A stretch of DNA of 35,167 bases from IMG/VR virus record IMGVR_UViG_3300037286_000056, positions 1 through 35,167 of that record. One strand, written 5' to 3'. Shown piece by piece: positions 7,430-16,604 of this stretch. Source of the DNA: a virus. Lineage: Duplodnaviria > Caudoviricetes. The translations under genes were made by a program, and so were the position numbers. The stretch's first letter is position 1. The number at the start of each line of letters is the position of its first letter. The notes beneath the pieces are model-generated. The model did not search any database, was not told the origin of the DNA, and saw only the letters and a program-made list of their open reading frames with translations.

Positions 7430-9978
7430 ACTACACCGACTTCCTCCACAGCAAGATGGTGCTGGCTCCGCAGAGCGGCTTTGACATCGATGCCAGCCAG
7501 ATCAACCCCGCTTTGCTACCGCACCAGCGCGACGCGGTGCAGTGGGCCTGCAAGGGCGGTTGCCGGGCGCTGTTTGAGAGCTTCGGACTTGGCAAGACCG
7601 TGCAGGAGCTGGAATGGTGCCGGTTGGTTACCGAAGATGCGGGCGGCTGGGCGCTGATCGTGCTTCCGCTGGGCGTGCGGCAGGAGTTCGCGCGGGATGC
7701 TATCACCGTGCTTGGGTGGGCTGCTGCGCCTCGATACGTGCGCACCATGGCCGAGGTTAACGCCTGCGCGGGGCAGGCAGAACCTGCCGATATCCGCATC
7801 ATGATGACCAATTACGAGCGCGTACGCGACGGCGACATCAGGCCGGAGTGGTTCACGGCGACCGCGTTGGACGAAGCGAGCGTACTTCGCTCCTTTGGCT
7901 CCAAGACCTACCAGACGTTTCTGCCCAAGTTCCGCAAGGTTCCCTATCGCTTGGTCAGCACCGCCACACCGTCGCCAAACCGCTACAAGGAGCTCATCCA
8001 CTACGCCGGATACCTGGGCGTGATGGACACCGGGCAAGCGCTCACGCGGTTCTTCCAGCGCAACAGCCAAAAGGCTAATGATCTCACCATCTACCCCCAC
8101 AAAGAAGAGGAGTTCTGGCTGTGGGTATCGACATGGGCGTTGTTCATCCAGAAGCCCAGCGACCTCGGATACTCGGACGAAGGCTACGCGCTGCCGCCGA
8201 TGGATATCCGGTACCACCAGATGATCGCGTCCACCGGCGAAGTGCCGGTGGACCGTGACGGGCAGGTCATGCTCTACCGCGACGCCGCCCTCGGCCTGTC
8301 GGATGCCGCGCGCGAGAAGCGCATCAGCATTGAAATGCGCGTAGCCAAAGCGCGGGAGATTGTGGAGAGTGACCCACAGGCGCACTTTTTGTTGTGGCAC
8401 GATTTGGAGGATGAACGGAGAGCCATCAAGCAGGCCCTGCCGGAAGCCGTCGAGGTGTACGGCTCGCTGGACATGGATCTCCGCGAAGAGCGTATCATTG
8501 CGTTCTCGGAAGGGCAGTGCCGCCTGCTGGCCACCAAGAAAGAGATATCCGGCTCCGGCTGCAACTTCCAGCGCCATTGTCATCGGGCCATCTTCCTCGG
8601 CATCGATTACGAGTTCAACGACTTCATTCAGGCCATCCACCGCATCTATCGCTTCCTGCAAACCGAGCAGGTGATCATCGACATCATCTACATGGATACC
8701 GAGCAGGAAATCCTGCGCACCCTGCTTGAGAAATGGGACAACCACAACCGTATGCAGGAGCGCATGGCTGAAATCCTGCGCACCTACGGCATGAACGCAC
8801 GGGAGGCAGAGAAACGCATGGAGCGGAGCATCGGCACCAACCGCATGGAGGTCACCGGGCGGCATTACAAGGCCGTGCTGAACGACTGCATCCTCGAAAC
8901 GGCTGCCATGCCGGATGACAGCGTTGACCTGATCGTGACCTCCATCCCTTTTAGCAACCATTACGAGTATACGCCCAGCTACAACGACCTCGGGCACAAC
9001 GAGGATACGGACAGGTTCTTCCAACAGATGGACTTCCTCGCGCCGAACCTGCTGCGCGTGCTGAAGCCTGGGCGAATCTTCGCGTGCCACACGAAAGACC
9101 GGGTGCTGTTCGGCAGCCAGACCGGCACGGGAATGCCCTCCATCGAGCCGTTCCACGCACTGACCATTCAGCACTACATGCGCCACGGCTTCCAGTTCAT
9201 CGGCATGATTACTGTCGTTACCGATGTGGTGCGCGAGAACAACCAGACATACCGCCTTGGCTGGACGGAATGCTGCAAGGATGGCTCGAAGATGGGCGTC
9301 GGCTGCCCCGAGTATGTGCTGCTGTTCCGCAAGCTGCCCAGCAGCCGCGACAAGGCCTATGCCGATGTGCCCGTGGAGAAATCCAAGGAGGATTACACCC
9401 GAGCGCAGTGGCAGATCGACGCGCACGCCTTCTGGCGCAGCAGCGGCGACAGGCTCATGACCAAAGAGGAACTGCTCCATATCCCCACGGGCAAGCTGCA
9501 AGGCGCGTACCTGAAACACACCCGCGCCACGGTCTATGACTATGCCGAGCACGTCGCGCTGGCCAAGGAGCTGGACGCAGAGGGCCGGTTGCCCGCTACG
9601 TTCATGACCGTCGCGCCCGGCAGCTGGCAGATGGACGTGTGGGACGATATCCTGCGCATGCGCACCCTCAACAGCGAGCAGGTGCGCAATGGCCATCAGA
9701 TGCACGTATGCCCGCTGCAAATCGACATCGTTGATCGCCTCATCAACCGCTACTCCAACCTCGGTGAAACGGTCTATGACCCGTTTGGCGGGCTGATGAC
9801 GGTGCCTGTGCGTGCGGTGGAGTTGGGCCGTAACGGTATCGGCTGCGAGCTGAACGCGGATTATTTCCGCGACGGCGTCGGGTACTGCGAAGAGGCCGAC
9901 AGCAAGCGCGGGGTGCCGACGCTGTTTGACCTTATCGAAACGCCCGAGGGTGCTCTGCAGGGGGGTGGCAAGGTTTGA
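7426..9978 (+). CDS. SNF2-like helicase fused to amino-DNA methyltransferase (N4-C/N6-A type)
   Basis: Helicase motifs FGLGKT, LDEAS, STATP, GSGCNFQ, QAIHRIYR; C-terminal DLIVTSIPF catalytic motif before YDPFGGLMT SAM-binding motif. Confidence 0.92.
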   Translation: MNYTDFLHSKMVLAPQSGFDIDASQINPALLPHQRDAVQWACKGGCRALFESFGLGKTVQELEWCRLVTEDAGGWALIVLPLGVRQEFARDAITVLGWAAAPRYVRTMAEVNACAGQAEPADIRIMMTNYERVRDGDIRPEWFTATALDEASVLRSFGSKTYQTFLPKFRKVPYRLVSTATPSPNRYKELIHYAGYLGVMDTGQALTRFFQRNSQKANDLTIYPHKEEEFWLWVSTWALFIQKPSDLGYSDEGYALPPMDIRYHQMIASTGEVPVDRDGQVMLYRDAALGLSDAAREKRISIEMRVAKAREIVESDPQAHFLLWHDLEDERRAIKQALPEAVEVYGSLDMDLREERIIAFSEGQCRLLATKKEISGSGCNFQRHCHRAIFLGIDYEFNDFIQAIHRIYRFLQTEQVIIDIIYMDTEQEILRTLLEKWDNHNRMQERMAEILRTYGMNAREAEKRMERSIGTNRMEVTGRHYKAVLNDCILETAAMPDDSVDLIVTSIPFSNHYEYTPSYNDLGHNEDTDRFFQQMDFLAPNLLRVLKPGRIFACHTKDRVLFGSQTGTGMPSIEPFHALTIQHYMRHGFQFIGMITVVTDVVRENNQTYRLGWTECCKDGSKMGVGCPEYVLLFRKLPSSRDKAYADVPVEKSKEDYTRAQWQIDAHAFWRSSGDRLMTKEELLHIPTGKLQGAYLKHTRATVYDYAEHVALAKELDAEGRLPATFMTVAPGSWQMDVWDDILRMRTLNSEQVRNGHQMHVCPLQIDIVDRLINRYSNLGETVYDPFGGLMTVPVRAVELGRNGIGCELNADYFRDGVGYCEEADSKRGVPTLFDLIETPEGALQGGGKV

Positions 9979-10202
9979 AAACCGTTGCAAGCATATCCGG
10001 TGGATGGTGCGTTGACACCAACCTCATACAGTGCACAGGCCATACCCTGAAGGTGGTCCCTATGGATTATGGGTCATGCGCGTTGGAGCATCGACTTCCT
10101 GATCTGATGGACATGCGGGACGTCATTCACGACATGAACCGTTGCCCGAACGATATCTACATTCTGCCGGAAAGGGACGAAGCGAATGAACACCGGACAT
10201 GA
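9975..10202 (+). CDS. Small hypothetical protein
   Basis: Fills the gap and overlaps both neighbours; TTG start; no recognisable motif. Confidence 0.5.
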   Translation: MKTVASISGGWCVDTNLIQCTGHTLKVVPMDYGSCALEHRLPDLMDMRDVIHDMNRCPNDIYILPERDEANEHRT

Positions 10203-11958
10203 ACTGGTCGTTGATAACTTCGCGGGCGGCGGCGGTGCCTCTACGGGCATCCGCATGGCGCTGGGTCGCGATGTGGATATTGCAATCAATCACGATGAGA
10301 GCGCCATCGCAATGCACAAGGTCAATCACCCAACCGCTCGGCACTATCAGGAGGATGTATGGGCGGTCGATCCGGTCATGGCATGTGCCGGCCGATCTGT
10401 TGGCCTGGCATGGTTCTCGCCGGACTGCAAGCATTTCTCGAAGGCCAAAGGCGGTAAGCCCTGTGACAAAAACATCCGCGGTCTTGCCTGGGTGGCCGTG
10501 AAGTGGGCAAAAGCCGTTCGCCCCCGCGTGATCATGATGGAGAACGTCGAAGAGATCCAGACATGGGGGCCGCTTCTCCCCAATGGCAGGCCAAATCCCG
10601 TGAAGACGGGGCAGACGTACCGCAGGTTCATTCAGGCATTGGAACGCCTTGGCTACAAGGTTGAAACTAACATCCTTGTATCGGCTGATTATGGAGCCCC
10701 AACCACCAGACAGCGCTGGTTTCTGGTTGCCCGTTGTGACGGGCGCCCCATTGTCTGGCCGGAACCGACGCACATGCCACGCGCGAAATTCGACACCCTC
10801 TATGGCTGGGCGGCGCAGGGCATGAAACCATGGGTGCCGGTGGCGGATGTGATTGACTGGACGCTGCCGTGCCCGTCGATATTCGACAGCAAGGCGGATA
10901 TCAAGGCGCAGTATGGGTGCAGTGCCGTGCGCCCGCTTAGCGACAACACGCTTGCGCGTATTGCAAGGGGAATCAAGCGCTTCGTGATGGAGAACCCCGA
11001 GCCGTTTGTGGTTAGCCTGAACCATGCATATAAGCCTTTTCGCGGACAGAAGGTAGACGAGCCGCTACGTACCATCACGGCGCAGCCAGGCTACGGCATC
11101 GTTACATCCATGATGGTGAGTTTAGGGCAGACCGGCGCAGGCGACGGGCGCGTGGGCGGCGTGGACGAACCGCTGCAAACCGTGACAGATGGCGGGCATC
11201 ACATGGTGATTGCGCCAGTGATGGTGCGAAACAACACCGGTACCGCACCCCATTCGCCAAAAGAGCCGATTGGAGCACTTACAACCGGCGAACAAATGAT
11301 GATGGTTGCACCATCGCTAATTCAATATCATCAGGAACGCGAAGGTGAAGAGGCGCGCGGGCAAGCGGTTGAGAAGCCTATTATGACGCTGGACGCAAGC
11401 AACCGCTATGCTTTGGTATCTGCCTTCATTCACCAATTCTACGACGGCGGCTACAAGTGCGATGGTCGCGATCCGCGCCAACCCTGCCCGACCGTAACGG
11501 CGTGCGACCACAACAGTGTGGCTTGTGCGTTTCTGACGCAGTTCAATAATCACTGCATCGGTCAGGATTTAGCCGACCCAATCAACACCATTACAGCCGG
11601 TCAGGGGCACTTCGGAGAAGTAAGGGCATTCCTCCTGAAGTACTACGGGAACGAAGGTTTCAGTAGCTGCCATGAACCCATGCCAACGGCAACCACCAAA
11701 GACCGATTTGGCCTCGTGACAGTACAGGGCGTGGATTATGTGATCGTTGACATCGGCCTGCGTATGTTGACGCCACGCGAGCTGTTTTTAGCTCAAGGAT
11801 TCCCCGCCGACTACGAGATCGAGAAAGGCGCGGACGGGCGCGCCATCAGCAAGGCCGAACAGGTGGCCAGATGCGGCAACGCGGTAACGCCGCAGGTGCC
11901 GGAAGCTCTCGTGCGCGCGAATCTGCCGGAGATGTGCCAAACGACGGCTGTGGCTTGA
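10186..11958 (+). CDS. Phage DNA (cytosine-5) methyltransferase with long repeat-containing variable region
   Basis: Motifs I DNFAGGGG, IV FSPDCKHFS, VI MENV, VIII TTRQRWF, IX RMLTPRELFLAQGF, X CGNAV. Confidence 0.93.
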   Translation: MNTGHELVVDNFAGGGGASTGIRMALGRDVDIAINHDESAIAMHKVNHPTARHYQEDVWAVDPVMACAGRSVGLAWFSPDCKHFSKAKGGKPCDKNIRGLAWVAVKWAKAVRPRVIMMENVEEIQTWGPLLPNGRPNPVKTGQTYRRFIQALERLGYKVETNILVSADYGAPTTRQRWFLVARCDGRPIVWPEPTHMPRAKFDTLYGWAAQGMKPWVPVADVIDWTLPCPSIFDSKADIKAQYGCSAVRPLSDNTLARIARGIKRFVMENPEPFVVSLNHAYKPFRGQKVDEPLRTITAQPGYGIVTSMMVSLGQTGAGDGRVGGVDEPLQTVTDGGHHMVIAPVMVRNNTGTAPHSPKEPIGALTTGEQMMMVAPSLIQYHQEREGEEARGQAVEKPIMTLDASNRYALVSAFIHQFYDGGYKCDGRDPRQPCPTVTACDHNSVACAFLTQFNNHCIGQDLADPINTITAGQGHFGEVRAFLLKYYGNEGFSSCHEPMPTATTKDRFGLVTVQGVDYVIVDIGLRMLTPRELFLAQGFPADYEIEKGADGRAISKAEQVARCGNAVTPQVPEALVRANLPEMCQTTAVA

Positions 11959-11980
11959 CAGGCCAGAAGGAGGTGCCAAT

Positions 11981-12391
11981 ATGCCGCTACTCAACTACAC
12001 CACCAAGGTCGACGCCTACGACACGCTCGGCGCCATTCAGAAGAACCTCGTTCGCCATGGCGCGAAGAAAATCCTCACCGACTACGATGACCGTGGGCGC
12101 ATCGTGTCGCTCTCCTTCATGGTCGATGTTTCTGGCCAACTCGTGCCCATCCAGCTCCCGGCCAACGTGGACAGGGTACTTGCCGTGCTTCATCGGCAGA
12201 AGGTCAAGTGCGACTGGGAACAGGCCGAGCGCGTCGCTTGGCGCATCATCAAGGATTGGGTGGAAGCGCAAATGGCCATCCTCGAAACCGAGATGGTCAC
12301 CATGGATGAAATCTTCCTGCCCTATGTCGTGCAAAACGGGAAAACGCTGTACCAGGCGTTCAGGGAAAACCAGCTCAAGCTTATGGGCTGA
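11981..12391 (+). CDS. Conserved hypothetical phage protein
   Basis: Strong RBS AAGGAGGT; EQAERVAWRIIKDWVEAQMA...EIFLPY motif recurrent in phages. Confidence 0.85.
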   Translation: MPLLNYTTKVDAYDTLGAIQKNLVRHGAKKILTDYDDRGRIVSLSFMVDVSGQLVPIQLPANVDRVLAVLHRQKVKCDWEQAERVAWRIIKDWVEAQMAILETEMVTMDEIFLPYVVQNGKTLYQAFRENQLKLMG

Positions 12392-12416
12392 ACGGATTTA
12401 CAGAGTTGAAAGGTAG

Positions 12417-12785
12417 GTGCCTATCATGCAAGGATTCGCCGCGTTACTCGCTTACGTGGTAATGATCTTGATTTGCTGGTTACTGCATCTGTGGATTCAC
12501 TGGGAGCCGAGGCGAACGAAGCTACGCCGTAAGAAAAGGCGCCGCATTCAACCCCATCCCAGCGTTCAGGAAGATGGGCTTCATGGTTTCAACTGCAAGT
12601 GTATGTCACCCTTGCCGGTAAACGCACCTGGCAACATAACGCCGGAGTGGTGCGCGCGCTGCATCAATAGCCCTGATAACGGCGGGGACTGCGACAAAGA
12701 CCCAAATACGCACAACATCTACGAGTGCTTGGAGATTGATATCAACGCGCCTGATGGCGCAGAAAGCGAGGGAACTCATGAATAA
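12417..12785 (+). CDS. Hypothetical membrane-anchored protein with Cys-rich C-terminus
   Basis: N-terminal hydrophobic helix, basic stretch RRTKLRRKKRRR, six downstream Cys; overlaps next gene. Start may be ATG 12426. Confidence 0.6.
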   Translation: MPIMQGFAALLAYVVMILICWLLHLWIHWEPRRTKLRRKKRRRIQPHPSVQEDGLHGFNCKCMSPLPVNAPGNITPEWCARCINSPDNGGDCDKDPNTHNIYECLEIDINAPDGAESEGTHE

Positions 12786-13500
12786 TCCCATCTACATGCC
12801 CAAGGGCCGCGCGGGGGAGTATGGCCAGTACGCCTTGAACATCTATACAGGTTGCCCGCACCGCTGTTTCTATTGCTTCGCGCCTTCCGTGCTGCGCAAG
12901 GATCGCGAGCAGTTCCATACTGACGTTCGCCCGCGCGACGGAATCTTGGAGTCCGTTCGCAGGCAGTTGGACACAGGCAGCATCAAGGATGCCCTCATCC
13001 ATCTGTGCTTCATGTGCGACCCGTATCCGAAGGGTGTAGACTCCTCAGTCACACGGGATATCATTCGGCTCATCAAGGCGTCTGGGAATCACGTACAGCT
13101 GCTCTCTAAAAATCCTGAAATCCGCGACCTTGATCTGCTGGACGGCAATGACTGGTACGGTATCACATACACAGGCGGTGACGTATTTAGTGAGCCGGGG
13201 GCCGAGGTTTCGCCATTGCGGTTCAAAGGCCCATTTGAAGCGCATAAGCGCGGCATCAAAACGTGGATCAGCCTTGAGCCGGTGCTGGATGCGAGCGATG
13301 TGTTGGAGCTTCTCAAAGGTCACTCAATGCTGAAGGCAGAAGGGCACGCCTACATCGACAGATTCAAAATTGGCAAGCTCAACTACTGGCCCAGTGACAC
13401 CGATTGGAAAGCGTTTGGGCAAGCGGTCAAAGACCATTGCATACGTGAGGGGCTGGACTATATCATCAAGGCTGACCTTCGGGCAGAAATGGAACGCTAA
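12778..13500 (+). CDS. Radical SAM protein (spore-photoproduct-lyase-like superfamily branch)
   Basis: ALNIYTGCPHRCFYCFA (CxxxCxxC), CDPYP, WISLEPV; ATG after GAGGGA. Confidence 0.88.
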   Translation: MNNPIYMPKGRAGEYGQYALNIYTGCPHRCFYCFAPSVLRKDREQFHTDVRPRDGILESVRRQLDTGSIKDALIHLCFMCDPYPKGVDSSVTRDIIRLIKASGNHVQLLSKNPEIRDLDLLDGNDWYGITYTGGDVFSEPGAEVSPLRFKGPFEAHKRGIKTWISLEPVLDASDVLELLKGHSMLKAEGHAYIDRFKIGKLNYWPSDTDWKAFGQAVKDHCIREGLDYIIKADLRAEMER

Positions 13501-13503
13501 CGC

Positions 13504-13532
13504 TTCCGATATCCCGTAGAAAGTGCTATAAT
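13504..13532 (+). promoter_or_regulatory. Putative extended -10 sigma-A promoter
   Basis: TGCTATAAT at 13524-13532 in an intergenic gap; weak -35 TTCCGA 17 bp upstream of TATAAT. Confidence 0.55.
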
Positions 13533-13566
13533 ATCTGTATTGCAGATCATGATCGGGGGCGAACTC

Positions 13567-13848
13567 ATGGACCCTCTCGTGGTGCCGACGATTGACCTGA
13601 CGGACGTGCCTAACGGGCATACGGTATTCTTCAGCATTCCCGACACAAACATGGCTGTGGTGTGCAAGTCAGATGTCTACGAAGCGCCCGTTACCTGCCC
13701 GAGAAATGGAACCCTCGGGCAGGTGCTCAATGATCCGAAGCTCCATATTCGGTTCTCCATACAGTTCCGCACAGCCGATCAAGCGCGACAAATGGCTAAG
13801 AGCCTGCTTGCTTTAGCCGAGGCAATGGACAAGGAACATAAGTGGTAA
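13567..13848 (+). CDS. Hypothetical protein
   Basis: ORF 13540..13848; ATG 13567 after GGGGG chosen as start; no recognisable motif. Confidence 0.65.
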   Translation: MDPLVVPTIDLTDVPNGHTVFFSIPDTNMAVVCKSDVYEAPVTCPRNGTLGQVLNDPKLHIRFSIQFRTADQARQMAKSLLALAEAMDKEHKW

Positions 13849-13894
13849 ACACCGAATGTAACCAACGAACGAAGCGTGAAAGGAGCCGCCCGAT

Positions 13895-14419
13895 ATGCCG
13901 AATGAACAGCTTTCACCAAAGCTAATGGCCGTAATTAACGAGGCCGTTGAGCGTGCTGTGGCGGCCACTCGCACCGCGCAGGCCACCGAAGCTAAAGATA
14001 TTTACAAGCAGACCGAGCGCCGCCTGTATGCCTACCCTCACTTGCTGGAAAAAGTGCAGGACGATATCGCCCGACTCACGGACTTGGAGGCGGGTATTAC
14101 CCAAGGGCATAGTACCAGCATCGTACGTTTCTCGCCAAGCGGTGTGCGCGTCGACCCTGATGACATGCTTGAAGCCATTCTGTGTGATGCCAGGGCGCGG
14201 CTGTCCAGAGATCAGCAGGAAGTCGAAGTGATCCAAAAAGCGCTCAAGGGCATTGAGCGTGATGCGTACTTTGCAACTGTGCCGGCTCGATATTTTGACG
14301 GGCGCGCGGACTGGCAGGTTGCGGATGAGCTTCACTGCGATGATAGCACTGTTAGAAGGAATAGAGCAAGATTGGTGAGGGTAATAACCATAAGATTATA
14401 CGGAGTTGCCGCAGTGTAG
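13895..14419 (+). CDS. RinA/ArpU-like late-gene transcriptional activator
   Basis: RBS AAGGAG; YKQTERRLYAYP N-terminal motif; C-terminal HTH RYFDGRADWQVADELHCDDSTVRRNRARLV; position at the end of the replication module. Confidence 0.82.
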   Translation: MPNEQLSPKLMAVINEAVERAVAATRTAQATEAKDIYKQTERRLYAYPHLLEKVQDDIARLTDLEAGITQGHSTSIVRFSPSGVRVDPDDMLEAILCDARARLSRDQQEVEVIQKALKGIERDAYFATVPARYFDGRADWQVADELHCDDSTVRRNRARLVRVITIRLYGVAAV

Positions 14420-14498
14420 TTGTTGCTTATAATGAAGCCCAGATTTGTATGGGTATTATGATTTAAAAAGTATTTTACTTGAAATGTGAGTGATATAA

Positions 14499-15638
14499 TT
14501 GCCAAACGTCATTGATCTATATGCCGGTGCTGGCGGCCTTAGTTTAGGTGCTGCAAGGGCTGGTTTCAACGTAGCTGCGGCGGTTGAGTTCAATCCCCAT
14601 GCAATGAATACACATATGCTGAATTTCCCACGTTCAATTCATATTCTCCGGGATATATCTGATCTTAATGGCGAAGCGCTTCTTCAATTATCTGGCCTCA
14701 ATCAGCAGGATCTCATAGGCATTATTGGTGGACCTCCATGTCAAGGATTCAGTAGCATTGGACATGGTGCAGTTGACGATCCGCGGAATACTCTTTTCAC
14801 CAAGTTTTTTCAGTTGGTCGAAGAACTTCAACCCGTATTCTTTGTGGCGGAGAATGTGCCTGGAATTATGAACAATAAATTCGCTCAAATCAGAACTATG
14901 GCATTTGCACACGTTCAAAACTATCAACTACTCCCCCCTATTCGGGTTGATGCCAGTGAATATGGCGCGCCAACAACAAGAACCCGTTACTTTTTTATCG
15001 GATATAGAGTTTGCAATCAGGTTGAACCATTCACACTGGAAGCCATTGAGCAAATGAAAGTACCGCTTCAGCAAAGAACGACCGTCCGTCAGGCTCTTGA
15101 AGGCTTGCCAAACAAAGTACCATATGTTGAGAACAGCAAAGGATTTGTAAAGCTTTCGCGCAACTACTATAACATAGATGCTGCGCATAAACAGTCTGCT
15201 TTCTTTTATGTAAGGACAACTGATTTGAAGCCAGACAATATTGGCGACCCAGAATATGTGCGAGACTATGCTAATAGACATAGAGTAAACGGTCTTCTTC
15301 CCACCAAGCATTCCGATGATGTGCGTCTTCGTTATTCACTGCTGCGGTGTGGCGAAAGAGACTCCGTATCAAAATCTATTCGACTCAATCCCAAAAGATA
15401 CAGCCCAACATTGCGAGCCGGCACAGGCCCAGAGAAAGGAAGCTATCAGGCCGTCAGGCCGATTCACTTCAAGGATTCTCGAGTAATTACACCAAGAGAG
15501 GCCGCAAGATTGCAAGGCTTCCCTGATTGGTTTAAACTTCCAGATACGATTTGGCATGGTTTCAGACAAATAGGCAACAGCGTTTCACCCATTGTTGCTG
15601 AAAGAATTCTCACAGCGATATATCAAAGGTTAATTTGA
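14499..15638 (+). CDS. DNA (cytosine-5) methyltransferase, RM-type
   Basis: Motifs DLYAGAGG, GGPPCQGFS, AENVPG, TTRTRYF, SPTLRA, RVITPREAARLQGFPDWF, QIGNSV; TTG start. Confidence 0.95.
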   Translation: MPNVIDLYAGAGGLSLGAARAGFNVAAAVEFNPHAMNTHMLNFPRSIHILRDISDLNGEALLQLSGLNQQDLIGIIGGPPCQGFSSIGHGAVDDPRNTLFTKFFQLVEELQPVFFVAENVPGIMNNKFAQIRTMAFAHVQNYQLLPPIRVDASEYGAPTTRTRYFFIGYRVCNQVEPFTLEAIEQMKVPLQQRTTVRQALEGLPNKVPYVENSKGFVKLSRNYYNIDAAHKQSAFFYVRTTDLKPDNIGDPEYVRDYANRHRVNGLLPTKHSDDVRLRYSLLRCGERDSVSKSIRLNPKRYSPTLRAGTGPEKGSYQAVRPIHFKDSRVITPREAARLQGFPDWFKLPDTIWHGFRQIGNSVSPIVAERILTAIYQRLI

Positions 15639-16603
15639 TGAAACTTTGGGTAATATTTATAGTATGAGACATAACTATTTAAGACATTTGGATCACTGCG
15701 GTTAAAAATAAACGGAAACTCATGCAATATCTCTTCTCGCACATCAGGATTTGGCAATAGTTTATTGAGTTCAGTTATTTCTCTAACGGTAAGAGCAGGT
15801 ATCTCAATATGGCATGGATTATCCCATAGAAATGTATTGTGCGGAAAATGTGTCAATGCCGTTCTAATTTCTTCTTCCATATCGTGTGAATCAAGAACAA
15901 TCCCAGTGAATGTAAGCATTTGTTGCCCGTCAGCATAGACACACGAGAATAAAGGGAAAAGAAAATTCGCTCGGTCTGGTGGGTCATCCACTAGTGCTCT
16001 CATGGCCGCTGTCTTGAGAATCTCTAGCAAGGTTAATGGGTACATCTTCGTCGACACATGATCTTCAGAGAGTACTGGTGGCAGATACTCTTCTCTTACA
16101 CGACTTCTTAACGTTGCCAAACGCTGCGCATTGTCTTGACGATCTCCCTTTATTAACTCTAGGCAATCTGGTTTTGCGTTTAGCGTGATCCTTATAATAT
16201 CACCCGGATTTAGCTTTTCAAGCAATGATGTAAAATCAGCAAGTTGCAATCCAAGCTCCTTTGGTGACACGAAATCTAGCCAGAAAATACTATGATCTGT
16301 GTCTTTGAGGAGCAGCCCTGCAAGATAATCCGTACTACTCATATTCTGCACAGATATACATTTGTACGGAAGATTATACTCCGCACGTTTATATTCAATA
16401 GGATCTATTTCAAGCGAGATCATTTCTCGAATGTTTAGTGTATCATGAATCGCTTTAAAGTCATCAAACAGAAACGACCCAAATCCGATATACTGATATT
16501 CTGACATTTGGAAAACTCGATTGAGGCCAATGAGAGTTTGAAGGAATAAGCTACGATCAATATTTTTATTTGGACGAAGATGATAGAAAGGTTGACCTCC
16601 CAT
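15623..16603 (-). CDS. Uncharacterised SAM-dependent methyltransferase-like protein (putative O-methyltransferase family)
   Basis: ATG begins 1 nt after ATPase stop; YHLRPNK N-terminal motif, YIGFGS (motif I-like), ISLEID (acidic strand 2), IFWLDF (strand 4) consistent with class I Rossmann methyltransferase; lacks DPPY/PC DNA-MTase motifs. Confidence 0.72.
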   Translation of the reverse strand: MGGQPFYHLRPNKNIDRSLFLQTLIGLNRVFQMSEYQYIGFGSFLFDDFKAIHDTLNIREMISLEIDPIEYKRAEYNLPYKCISVQNMSSTDYLAGLLLKDTDHSIFWLDFVSPKELGLQLADFTSLLEKLNPGDIIRITLNAKPDCLELIKGDRQDNAQRLATLRSRVREEYLPPVLSEDHVSTKMYPLTLLEILKTAAMRALVDDPPDRANFLFPLFSCVYADGQQMLTFTGIVLDSHDMEEEIRTALTHFPHNTFLWDNPCHIEIPALTVREITELNKLLPNPDVREEILHEFPFIFNRSDPNVLNSYVSYYKYYPKFHQINL

Positions 16604-16604
16604 A

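Noticed and set aside
7516-9990. 824-aa antisense ORF opposite the SNF2-methyltransferase
   Set aside because: Shadow ORF expected from high-GC codon bias; no motifs, while the plus strand has clear enzyme motifs.
6581-13500. 7-deazaguanine modification pathway (QueE-type radical SAM)
   Set aside because: No FolE, QueD, QueC or DpdA recognisable, and neither radical SAM protein looks like QueE.
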